Part shown: positions 40,628 to 51,252 of the stretch, piece by piece | Layout: each line of letters starts with the position of its first letter | How positions within the stretch are numbered: the stretch's first letter is position 1 | DNA from: Veleropilina oligotropha | Taxonomy: Eukaryota | DNA length: 64,000 nt | Direction: 5' to 3' | NCBI GenBank assembly: GCA_048128005.1 | Contig: JBEUKZ010000096.1 | Span: 620,001 to 684,000, forward strand | Notes under the pieces: model-generated | The model's input: the letters and a program-made list of their open reading frames with translations, nothing else | Databases searched by the model: none | What the model was told of the DNA's origin: nothing | Position numbers and translations under genes: made by a program

Positions 40628-42829
40628 TTTATTAGGGCCCCGCAGGGGGCCTATAGTGATCACCTTTTCCGTCCGTCCGTCCGTGCGTCCCAGCATTGAG
40701 GTCCCAGGTTAAAGTTTCTTTTGCCCAATCTTCAGGTTAAGGTTCCAGGTTAAATGTTCATTTGCCCAATCTTAAGGTTAAAGACAAGACACTTTTGACT
40801 TTTAAAGAGATTTTAATGTTATTGTGATTTTCATATTTTATTTAATTATTATTTTAAAAGGAAATATAACTTTATTGAATTTCGACCACTTGTCTCTTTG
40901 TCAGCCTTGCTCTAGGCTGGTAATGTATACTACAGGCACAGTAAGCAGTGAGACTTAAGGTGACAGTTTGTGAGGCTTTATATTTGTATATAGCTTCCCT
41001 GTTCGGAATATCCAACAGGTTCTTTGATTAATATGATATTATGCCGATCAAGGGTAAACTGTATCCCATGGTCAGTGAAGGTCCCAGGTTAATGTTTAAT
41101 TTGCTCAATCTTAATGTTAAGGTCCCAGGTTAAAGTTTTGTTTGCCCAGTCTTCTCATTAACGTCCCAGGTGAAAGTTTTGTTTGTCCAATCTTCACATT
41201 AAGGTCCCAGGTTAAAGTTTTGTTTGTCCAATCTTCACATTAAGGTCCCAGGTTAAAGTTTTGTTTGCCCAATCTTCTCATTAAGATCCCAGGTTAAAGT
41301 TTCATGTGCCAAAATGTTGACGAAGTGTAATAAAGTATTATAATAAATCTTTGTTTCTGCACTATAACTCAAGAAATATAGCACTAAGTATCTTTAAATA
41401 TGAAAGTTGCTTGGTAGGTGAATCTTATGACAAGGAAGAAGGCTGTTCATTTTCAATGATATCATTCATTTTTTTGTTTCCAGGCGTTAATCAAGTAGTT
41501 ATGCAAATATAAGAATTAGTAAATTTATTTTGTTTATTCATCTAAATATCTGTAAGACTTGCTCACTGCCAATAGGCAAAGTAAGCTGTTAAGCTTAATG
41601 GTCACTCTGTGAAGCTGGGATTATCAAAATCAGATGGATTTTGAAAACTGGCTTCCCCATTGGTTTATTCCATGGGTATCTTGATATGGCAGTATATTGC
41701 CATTAAAAGATCAGACTGTTTCCAGTGTCTATTATCCCTCTCCTTAATTGATCAAGGTTAGCTTATTAGGGCCCTGATAAGTGGCCCTATAGTGATCACC
41801 TTTTCCATCCTTCCATCCAGATTTGGTTAAGGTTCAGGTTAACACTTCTGTTAACACACTGCCCTGAATGTATGGCAATAAATGAACAAGAGAATGTTCC
41901 TACATGCTGTAGTGGCATTAGTTTAAGGAATTTGACATGTTTAATGGACATTGAAGGGAATTATCTCTAAAAGTCTTGGTTAAGGTGTTTGGTTAAAGCT
42001 TCCATTTGGTGCTAATACTTCATATTTTCATATGCTTTGTTTGATAAAGACACTCTTTTGTCAAAGGCTTGTTTGAAGATCACTATTATGAATCCTTGCT
42101 GAAACTGTAGTGTTGATATTGAAGAAATTTTATGGTTAAGGTACCAGGTTAAAGCTTCTACAGGTTAAAGCATTTTTCCAAGTTTTGATGCCAGATTTAA
42201 GTATTTGCTTGGATATCACTAGTAGATGCAATTTCATTAAAGATATTTGTAAATTTTTTTTTTTTTTCAGAATATTTAATAGAAGATGACTTGGTTAATG
42301 TGCCAGGTTAAATCTTCTGCTCTGCATATTTGGTTAAGGTTCAGGTTAACGCTTCTGTTAACAAACTTAGCTCTATATGTATGCTAATAAATGAACAAAG
42401 GAATGTTCCTACATGCTGTAGTGGTATTATTGAAAGGAATTTGGCATGTTTAATGGATATTGGAGGGAATTATGCATAAAATATCTTGGTTAAGGTGTTT
42501 GGTTAAAGCTTACATTTGGTATTAAATAGTTCGTTTTTCATATGATTTAATGTTTAGTTTTTGTCTGTCTCTGACTACAGATACATCAAGGTGAGAGAGG
42601 TAACAGTTTGTGACACAATATCATCATGTATAGCTTTTCTGTTGGAAATATCCAGCGCATAATGATTTTGGAGTATCAACAGCATAAGCTGAGTTCATCA
42701 AATGGTCAATGCAAATTTATCTTCTATTTTTGCATATATAACAATTATTGCTCACATGTGAATGTTTATCGAGTTATATTGGTGGAGCGGGGCCCACTGT
42801 GATGGCACCCCATCACTTGTTATCTAGTT
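40628..42829 (+). mobile_element. HINE-like element with ~41-bp internal minisatellite
   Basis: 5' tagggcccc...ggcccta-type hairpin plus (gtcc)n; repeats aggtcccaggttaaagttttgtttgcccaatctt; 3' gtgatgg..ccatcac hairpin. Confidence 0.72.
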
Positions 42830-43067
42830 GATTTCAAAATTGCTTATGCCAAGAATCTGCCTGTTGAATAATTAGTGGTGTCAAGAGCCAAATGATATAA
42901 TATGGGTGCGTGCTTATGCCTGTGTTCTTCTATCCATTAAATCAATTACGTTTAATATATTCATCTTCATTTTTATAATTCGTTACAATTTAAAGAAAAT
43001 TTGAAATATTCAAAATTATATGTTGCCATTCGTATCAATTATTAAGTGATTCATGCAATGCTGGATA

Positions 43068-43411
43068 TAATAATAATAATAATGGATACTTATATTGCGC
43101 TTTTTCATGCACGAATGCTTGCTCAAAGCGCTACATTATTATGCCCTGGTTAACGGCCTGTTCTGTTCGAGATTCTATCTCAACTCTCTATGAGAGTATT
43201 ACAGCCGAGGTGCCATTTATAGGCGCATCAGACTAGTTGTACTGACAATTCCCTCACTGCCAACCAGGTACCCACTCAGATCTCAGATCGGCTGGGTGAA
43301 CCGAGGCAATATATGCTTTAATTCCTTGCCCAAGGGAAGTCGCCGGGATCGGGGTTGAACCCCAAACCTCTCGAGTGAGAGGCCATTGCATCTACCACTG
43401 TCCACGGCTGC
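43068..43411 (-). mobile_element. tRNA-derived SINE with L2-like 3' tail
   Basis: Head gcagccgtggacagtggt...ggttcaaccc; central cccttgggcaagg and cacccag...gggtacc; tail tgtagcgctttgagc...gcgcaatata plus (TAT)n. Confidence 0.82.
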
Positions 43412-43745
43412 ATATATGCGGATATATGATGAAACACCATAATTGTCCCTGATCATTCGTATATAATGACATGTTCTGTCTTTTCATGGCTGCCTGATTT
43501 TGCATAATGGTTGTCACTAGAAAACAAAGTCACCCATGAATAGCTGAACTATTGCTATGCAACATTAGAAGATATGAATACAAATCTGTATATATTTATG
43601 TCGTGTCGACAATGCTTGCTAATGCTGTATATTGTTGTAATGCATTGCTTAATTGAGGTTCAGCAAGCTAACTTTTAGACACATATGATTGGTGTGCATT
43701 GAATGAACACGTAAACATCGTATTCGTTGTAAAACAAGCGTTATC

Positions 43746-43779
43746 ATGGGCTGTGGAAGTAGTTCATCTGAACAACAAG
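43746..43779 (+). CDS. TGM: Transglutaminase candidate alternative first coding exon 1e (MGCGSSSSEQQ)
   Basis: atcATGG context, MGCxxS. Donor AAG|gtgaga at 43780, phase 1. Confidence 0.75.
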
Positions 43780-44337
43780 GTGAGAATCTAAGAAAAAGAA
43801 GTTTCAGATTTATTAACACTTGATATAATGTTATAATTAAGCTCTACAATTTTTAATACTTTAAAAGTACTAATTTGTAACAATTCCCTGGTAAGCCTTT
43901 AAATGTGATTATCTTTCTGAACACCATCTAGGCCTAGGGTCATATCAGGATCTATCCATATTAGATCCCAAGAAAAGCCATTACGCCTGGAGACATCCTG
44001 TCACTTTTGGATCACTGTGTCTGCTAACTTCGCTAAGACCTTGTCCCTGGCTTCGAATCCACATCAGCGAAGATAGTACGGATGAACTGAGAGAACACTA
44101 ATATCAAAACAGCCAACCGAGGCGATCTGAATAAGTTTTGTCATTATCAGCTGGGGGATGTTGTCATTGATGGTCAGGTACAAGCTGATGTAGGGACATA
44201 TCAGCTATAATTTGAGAAAAATAATTGTGTCTGATTCCTGGTCAAAGTAGAAAGAATCTTTTAGGTGGTGTGGAGATTTGATGTCTTGGATTTCCGCTGT
44301 TTCCATTGTAATAATCAGATAAATATCTATTTTTCAG

Positions 44338-44553
44338 AATCACTACCTGATGACCCCAATGCTCTGAAGGTCGAGGGCGTCGATTACAACATCGTTGAGA
44401 ATGCGAAGGCCCACAAGACAGATGAGTTTGACATCGTCCAGGAGGGAGACCTCCAACTAGTGGTGCGCCGAGGTCAAGCGTTCGACATCGAGATCGCGTT
44501 CAGTCGTGTATACGATAAATCGTCTGACGACCTGAGACTCGTCTTTGAACTGG
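44338..44553 (+). CDS. TGM: Transglutaminase common exon 2 (N-terminal beta-sandwich domain)
   Basis: ttttcag|AA...CTGG|gtaagt. Encodes NAKAHKTDEF...LVVRRGQAF, the typical transglutaminase N-domain motif. Confidence 0.93.
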
Positions 44554-46022
44554 GTAAGTGCTGTGTCCAATGTGCATTTTTATGCCCCGGGACGATAGTC
44601 CGGAGGGGCATATTGCTTTCACTCTGTCTGTACATATGTATGTATGTCCGCAGTTTTGGTTACAAATTTTCATTGATCGTATATGGCTTGCTTAAGGGAC
44701 TTTTTGGCATATATAAGCTTTGGTATTGATTATATGGACGTTACCTGATACTCTGGCAGTGACATTGAATAAAATTTAAAATAAATATTGCAAATAAATT
44801 GGTGTTTTTGAACATAGAAATTCTGGTAAAATTTCCGGTTAAAGTTTATATGGCTTGCTCAAGGGACTTTTTGGAATATATATGATATGATATTGATTAT
44901 ATGGATGTTACCTGATACTCTGGCTGTGATATTGAATAAAATTTAATTTAATTTATGCAAATAAATTGGTGTTTTTGAACATAGAAATTCTTATTAGAAT
45001 TTTCTGTTAAAGTTTTTCATTCAGTGTATATGGCTTGCTCAAGGGAATATGTAGTTACAAACATACTTACGTCCTTACTCTTGCCATAATAGTCATATTA
45101 TCGCCAACCGGAAACAGTGAATAAAGTCACATTTAGGCACTCCTTTTAAGTCAAACACTACGATTACCTCCCCTGCTCCACCTCTCCTAAGTTCCCCCAG
45201 CGAGATCTCGCCAAGTCTCGCGAGACTTCCGAGCCATCGAAGTCACAAGACCTCAATTCAAAGTTTTCCGCCGAGACGGAAAGACGTGTTTTTTGCTCCG
45301 CAAATATTTCGAATGTCCGACTGGTTTATACGTTAAATCTAGGATGCTATAAAGCTTGTATTAGTATAATATAAGTTGTGGAATATACCCTGTGTTGTGG
45401 ATATTAAACACAAGTGAATATTAGATCTGATTTAACAACTTCAAAGAAAAAGTTGTGAACATCAAGTGAAACCGACATCGCCGCTGTTGCAGGGAAAAGC
45501 ATGGCCGCTTAGAGGGGAAGTTTCGTGTAATAAGAAGAAATTTCTGGTCGGTATTTTTATCTGATATTGTTTGAGACTGCAAACAGGTAACTCATTATAT
45601 TGGATAATTCCTTAACGACGCTATTGCTGGTTATTATTGTATAAAAATTCTAGCGTCGTTAATAGGCAGGATCGTTTAGATATCACTATTAGTTATTCTG
45701 ATATCCTGCCGTTTCTGGGATAATACGCCATTGTACTAACATAAAAACATCCACGAGGTTTTCAGGTGTTTTTCTGGGCGGTTTGTTCTAAGAAAGAACC
45801 CCCGTTTGTTCTAGTCAATTTGCCGGGTTTTTTACCGGGTCGTGCCGGGTTATTACCCGGCCTCGGTGTTCCCAGTTCGGGGTTTTTTGCGGTATATCGC
45901 CTGATCTTTGATCTTCAGATCAGGGCAATTTTGAGAGTTGTTGTAGTAAAAGTCACAACTACCATATATATACTTATTTACCTACCCCGTACACCCACTA
46001 CCACCCTCCCGTGTATTCAGCT

Positions 46023-48268
46023 ATGGTCCGGTGCAGTAGCTCCGGGTGTAGCCAGAAGATTCACGGCTTTGATAAGCACACGAAATGCCGTATTCACCGT
46101 AGTTGTAGTAAAAAACATCAATGTGATCTGTGCTTTCTTTTATCAGAGAAGCAGTGGGCGGTTCTATCCCACCCGGGTAAGTCGACCAGGGCGACTGCCA
46201 CGGTGGGTCCTCCCCCGGAGAAGGGTCAAGAAGAGACTGGTAAGTTAAGGGATAACGTTTCTTCTTTGTCTGCTTCAGGGACGCTGGACGACAGCCGACG
46301 TAAGGTACCGTCTGTCGCCGGATCCACCGGCGAAACCTCCGCGACTCTTGGGGGAGTCGCCGAAACCTTGCCGGGACCCCAGATTCAGGTAACGGCCCGA
46401 GTGCCGACCGTTCCTCCTCAAACGGGCCTAGTAGCTGCAGCCAACCATACCTTGCCGGCTAGCAATGTATATCTGGCAGCGCAGCGAACAGCTGAACAGG
46501 GCAGACGATCCCCCTTCTGTTCTTCGGCCTCGAAGAATCCGGGGAAAGTTAGTCCTTCTGCGGGAAACTCTCCGTTTAACGACGGGGAGCGACCCAATGA
46601 GAAAGCCTTTAAAGAGGCCGGACACCATTTCGATGGTCTAAGATCCGGACAATTGGCGACACCTGAATCCTCGATCGAGACCGACGCGACTACCCCTAGG
46701 GGTTTTCCGCTCAACCTCGAAGCTCACGAGACGTTCAGAGGGCCCGTTCTTTCCCGTGCACCCACGATGGTCACGCTAGAGAACGTGGACAGACCGGCTG
46801 CGTTCGGTGAGGGGTTCTACGGCGGTTTTCCGACCGTGCCTCTCGCGAACAGAGTGGTAGACCGATACGGACTGTTGCCGCAGTCCTACCAGTCGTCCGG
46901 CCCACTGACTGCGCCTTCGGGCCAGTCGTTCGGGTTCGACCGCTCGACAAGTGCCCTGGGAGGTCCTCGGATCCACCTGTCCGTGCAGCCCGTCTACCTA
47001 GCGCCACGGTTTCCTCGACTGAACTACCGGCTGTTAGTTCGACGCCCGTCCTGCCTCAGGGTTTCTCTTTGGAGAACGTCCAGGCATGGATCGCGGCGGG
47101 GTTCGAGGAACAATGTAAGGCCTGGCCGACGGCTCCCCAGCCGCGCCTGGTACCTACATATCTGCCCTTGGCGCAGAGCACGGCTCCTGCCTCCGTGATG
47201 GAAATCGACCCTCGTTCCGACGAGGACCTCGGTTCCAATCACTCCGACCTCCCTGAATCGGTCGGGCCCGAAGACGTTAGTCTTTCAGGCACGCAGGAGC
47301 CGACCTCCTCCACCCGCCGAAGGCTCGACGCCGTTGCGTCACTTCGCGGGGTGCTTGGCCTGCCGGAACCGACTCGGTCGGCCGTAGGTTCAGCCAAGCA
47401 CAGGACGGCAGCACATCGGTTTGTTGAGAGGGAAGCCCCCGAGCTTCCCTCCTTACCTCAGTCTGGGCTGGTTGATCTGGTGGTCGACTCGACAACCAAG
47501 CTCATACAGGGGCGCAATCCGGTGGAGTCCTCCCCGCTGACCGAGTTCCCTTCGGGGTTCCGTAGTGGGAGGTACCTCCGGGCCAGTATGCGAGCGATCC
47601 CGTTCGCCTGTACTGGTCCGTGCCTGGCGACTGAGCCGGCTCATGTCGACGCAGCGTTGCGTCGACTGACCGCCAGTCACACTCCCTCCGTGGCGAAAGT
47701 TCCTTGGTCCGCCTTGGAAGCTTTCGAGAGCGCCGCCCGACGGGCTCTGCGGCTGTCGTCCGTTCAGGATTTTTTCTTGGACGGCGCGATAGCCGTACTA
47801 CAGGAGGAAGGACCCGGCGCCTGTGAGGCTGCCCTGTCCTTCCTCCAGGAGGTTGCTGCCGCACAGGAGACCAGCGCATTGGAGACGGGACGTGTCCTGG
47901 GCAATGCACTCCTACTTCGTAGGGATGCTTGCCTGGAAGGCACCTCGCTAGACGAGGCCACCCGGCGCTCGTTGCGATGCGTGCCTTGCTCGGTCGCCAC
48001 TCTTTTTGGCGACAACTTTACGGAGTTCGTCGACAAGAGAGCGGCGGACATGAAGGACCGTGCCATCGAGAAGGCGGTACTGCACCCTACCCGGGGTCCA
48101 CCTGCTGACTCGAAGAAGCGCTCAGGGCCCACCCGGACCCCGAAGCCTTCTAAGCGTGCGAAGCCCTCTTCGGGTGGTAGGCCTCCGGCCAATAAACCCA
48201 CTCCGACGAGGCGAGCACCTCCAGCGAAACCCCGTAAGCAGAGCGGGAGAGGGAAGCCTCGGCCCTAG
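46023..48268 (+). CDS. DIRS1 Gag-like ORF1 with one frameshift near 46960
   Basis: N-terminal Cys/His cluster (CSSSGC...HTKC..H..C....C..C). The frame of the 47069 ORF is open upstream to at least 46922. C-terminal half LLLRRDACL...LFG followed by a basic tail. Confidence 0.8.
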
Positions 48269-50342
48269 GGCTGCCGGCATTTGCGACGGTCCCAGCTGCC
48301 CGCTTCCGCCGGTGGGAGCGTGTCTGTTAGCGTACAGCCAGTCGTGGTTGGAACTAACAGACAGCAGCTGGGTCCACGTAGTCGTGAGTGCCGGATACAA
48401 GTTGGCATTCAACCGGCATCCGACCCTAACCGAGGCACCACCACCAAGACACGCTCGCCTCCTAAACGGAGAGAAACAAGCGGTCTTAGACCAGGCAGTG
48501 CGGGATTTGCTCCTAAAAAGAGCGATATATCCCGCGCCGCCCAGCACACCAGGATTTTACAGCCATTTCTTCCTGGTCCCGAAACCCGATGGCCGCTGGC
48601 GACCGATCCTCGATCTCTCGCATCTCAACCGATATCTTCGTACCGAGAAATTCCAGCAAGAAACCCTCTCGAAGATACGAGCGGCCATCCGTCCGGGAGA
48701 CTGGGCAGCGTCTATCGATCTGACCGACGCGTATCTGCATGTCCCGATGCATATCACGGCTCATCAGTACCTTCGGTTTTTACACGGGGAGACGATCTAC
48801 CAATTCAGGTGCCTACCGTTCGGTCTATCGTCAGCCCCGTACGTCTTCACGAGAACAGTACAGGCCCTCGGAGCCTTCCTACACTCTCTAGGGCACAGGG
48901 TACATATGTACCTCGACGACTGGCTGATCCTCGGGGCGTCCCGGGATCTGTGCCTCCGGTCTACGAGCTTTACCCTGTCATCGACGAAGCGCCTGGGATT
49001 TCAGATCAACGAGACAAAGTCCTGCTTCGTGCCCTCGACGACGTTTACGTTCCTCGGAGTCGACTTCGATACGGTCCGGTACACCGCGAAACCGACCCAG
49101 AAACGTATGCGGAACCTACGCGCGGTTATCCAAGACACCCTGTCATCGGACGTAACTACAGCGCGACAACTGGCCACTGTCCTGGGGCACATCGAGTCGG
49201 TAGCGACCCTGCTACCGACGGGTCGCATGGACAAACGACCGTTACAACAGGCGTTCAGGGATCGCTGGATACAACGGACGGGGCAGTGGACGGATCGCAT
49301 CGATCTTCGGCATTGGTTTACCAACACGACAGCAGTGTGGTTGAACCCTGCTTTGCCAGACCAGTCGGTTCCTATATCCCCGCCAGAGCCGAACGCTTAC
49401 CTGTTCACAGACGCTTCGAACGACGGCTGGGGTGGTCACCTCGACAGTTACGAGACATCAGGCCTATGGCCGACGGACCTTCAGCGACGACATATCAACT
49501 TCCTAGAGTTAGAAGCCGTCTACCTGTCAGTACGGTCCCTCTCGTTACATCTCCGCAACAAGCACATAATGCTCGCCACGGACAACACGACTGTCGTCGC
49601 TTACATCCAGCACCAGGGCGGCACTCGCTCACGTCCCCTTTGCGACCGAGCAATAGACCTACACCGCCTAGTGATGTCCCTCAACTCGACGATTCGAGCC
49701 CGACACATCCCGGGAAAGCTGAATGTCAGAGCGGATTCGCTCTCTCGGAAATCACAGATAATACACACAGAGTGGACGCTACACAGCCGAGTAGCTCGGG
49801 ACGTTTGCCGCCGGTGGTCGCAACCCCAAGTCGATCTGTTTGCAACAGAATTCAATTACCGACTACCTCTGTATGTCTCCCCGTACCCGGACCCGGCCGC
49901 CCTAGCGGTCGACGCACTGTCAATGACATGGGAGAATCTGTCCGCGTATGCCTTCCCCCCGTCGTGCATTCTGACACTGGTATTACAGAAGGCATCGAAC
50001 GAACGTTGCGAGATAACGCTAATCGCGCCCCTGTATCGCACGCAACCTTGGTTTCCGACCCTCCTCGATCTGATCGTCGATCGACCGTTAGCGCTCCCGC
50101 AGAAACCGGACCTGTTAATGCAGCCGCGCACCCGTGTACTACATCCATCGCCGAACGACTTACGTTTACACGCCTGGCGGTTATCGAACGATCCCTTGCT
50201 AAGAAAGGATTTTCTCACGCAACAGCCCTACGCATTTACCGATCAAGAAGGCTTTCCACGACAAAAGTTTATGACTACCGATGGGTCAAGTACGTGGATT
50301 GGTGTCACAGCCGGCAGGTCAATATTCTCCGCCCCCCTGTGA
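48060..50342 (+). CDS. DIRS1 Pol: reverse transcriptase, RNase H and DAM-like methyltransferase domain
   Basis: RPILDL, DLTDAY, LPFGLSSAP, YLDD; FTDAS, HINFLELEAV, TDNTT; DLFAT and YAFPP motifs. Confidence 0.95.
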   Translation: MPSRRRYCTLPGVHLLTRRSAQGPPGPRSLLSVRSPLRVVGLRPINPLRRGEHLQRNPVSRAGEGSLGPRAAGICDGPSCPLPPVGACLLAYSQSWLELTDSSWVHVVVSAGYKLAFNRHPTLTEAPPPRHARLLNGEKQAVLDQAVRDLLLKRAIYPAPPSTPGFYSHFFLVPKPDGRWRPILDLSHLNRYLRTEKFQQETLSKIRAAIRPGDWAASIDLTDAYLHVPMHITAHQYLRFLHGETIYQFRCLPFGLSSAPYVFTRTVQALGAFLHSLGHRVHMYLDDWLILGASRDLCLRSTSFTLSSTKRLGFQINETKSCFVPSTTFTFLGVDFDTVRYTAKPTQKRMRNLRAVIQDTLSSDVTTARQLATVLGHIESVATLLPTGRMDKRPLQQAFRDRWIQRTGQWTDRIDLRHWFTNTTAVWLNPALPDQSVPISPPEPNAYLFTDASNDGWGGHLDSYETSGLWPTDLQRRHINFLELEAVYLSVRSLSLHLRNKHIMLATDNTTVVAYIQHQGGTRSRPLCDRAIDLHRLVMSLNSTIRARHIPGKLNVRADSLSRKSQIIHTEWTLHSRVARDVCRRWSQPQVDLFATEFNYRLPLYVSPYPDPAALAVDALSMTWENLSAYAFPPSCILTLVLQKASNERCEITLIAPLYRTQPWFPTLLDLIVDRPLALPQKPDLLMQPRTRVLHPSPNDLRLHAWRLSNDPLLRKDFLTQQPYAFTDQEGFPRQKFMTTDGSSTWIGVTAGRSIFSAPL

Positions 50343-51252
50343 ACAAGTTTATCGAGTTTTATCGTCGCTCTTTGAACGCGGTATGTCAGTGTCCGCCGTT
50401 AAAGGCTATCGGGCAACGATCGCGACCACGTTAAAACAGTGTCGTGCCCATGTTGGCCTATCTAGCGACCGAACGATATCGGATTTTATACGATCCTACG
50501 AGCTCGAGATGCCGACCCGAACCATACGGCCACCTGCCTGGAATATCGTTCTCATTCTTAACGCTCTACACTTACCCCCGTACGAGCTGATGTCCACGGT
50601 GTCTATGAGGAACTTAACGCACAAAACTGTTTTTCTGATCGCCTTAGCGTCGGGCAGGCGTTGTTCCGAGATTCATAGTTTATCCGCCGAGCTACGAGAT
50701 ATTCAATTCCAGTCAGACGGGTCGGTGATGCTGCGTCCTATTCTGGGCTTTCTCGCCAAGAATCAACGGCCGAACGAGGATGCACCTGATATTATTATCC
50801 CCAAGCTTACGCTGGTCGGAAGGCACGATGTAGACCGGTTAAACTGCCCCGTGCGGGCCCTGCGCTTCTACCTCGACAGGACCCGTGATATGCGGCAGGG
50901 AAAATTACGTTTATTCATTTCGTATTTACCAACTTATACCCGCGACATTACGAAGACGACTGTTTCGCGGTGGATTTCACAGATAGTGAGAGATGTATAC
51001 TCTCGCTGTGAAGAAATAGACCGCACTACTTTATCGGTCCGCGCGCACGAGGTCCGTGCAATTGCTGCGTCTATTGCCTTCCGACACAGTTTAAATATCA
51101 CAGCGTTGCTTCAAGCAGGTTACTGGAAGAATGCTAATGTCTTTGTTAAACATTACCTGCGGGATTATTCAACTGGGGCTGATGGGTTGAGCAGCTTACA
51201 GTGTGTTGCTGCTCAACGATGTATTGTTAGACCGAGGTCGTCTAATCAGTGA
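48281..51252 (+). CDS. DIRS1 tyrosine recombinase ORF overlapping pol, with one frameshift at about 50357-50360
   Basis: The 48281 frame ends in the YR N-terminal region (STTKVYDYRW..YVDWC) and continues in the 50281 frame with SGRRCSE, HEVR, GYW and KHYL catalytic motifs. Confidence 0.88.

Noticed and set aside
42902..42940. MGACLCLCSSIH*, a possible sixth acylation exon
   Set aside because: Reaches a stop codon with no credible GT donor.
46418..50218. Numerous minus-strand ORFs inside the DIRS1 element
   Set aside because: Expected by-product of GC-rich, dual-coded sequence.
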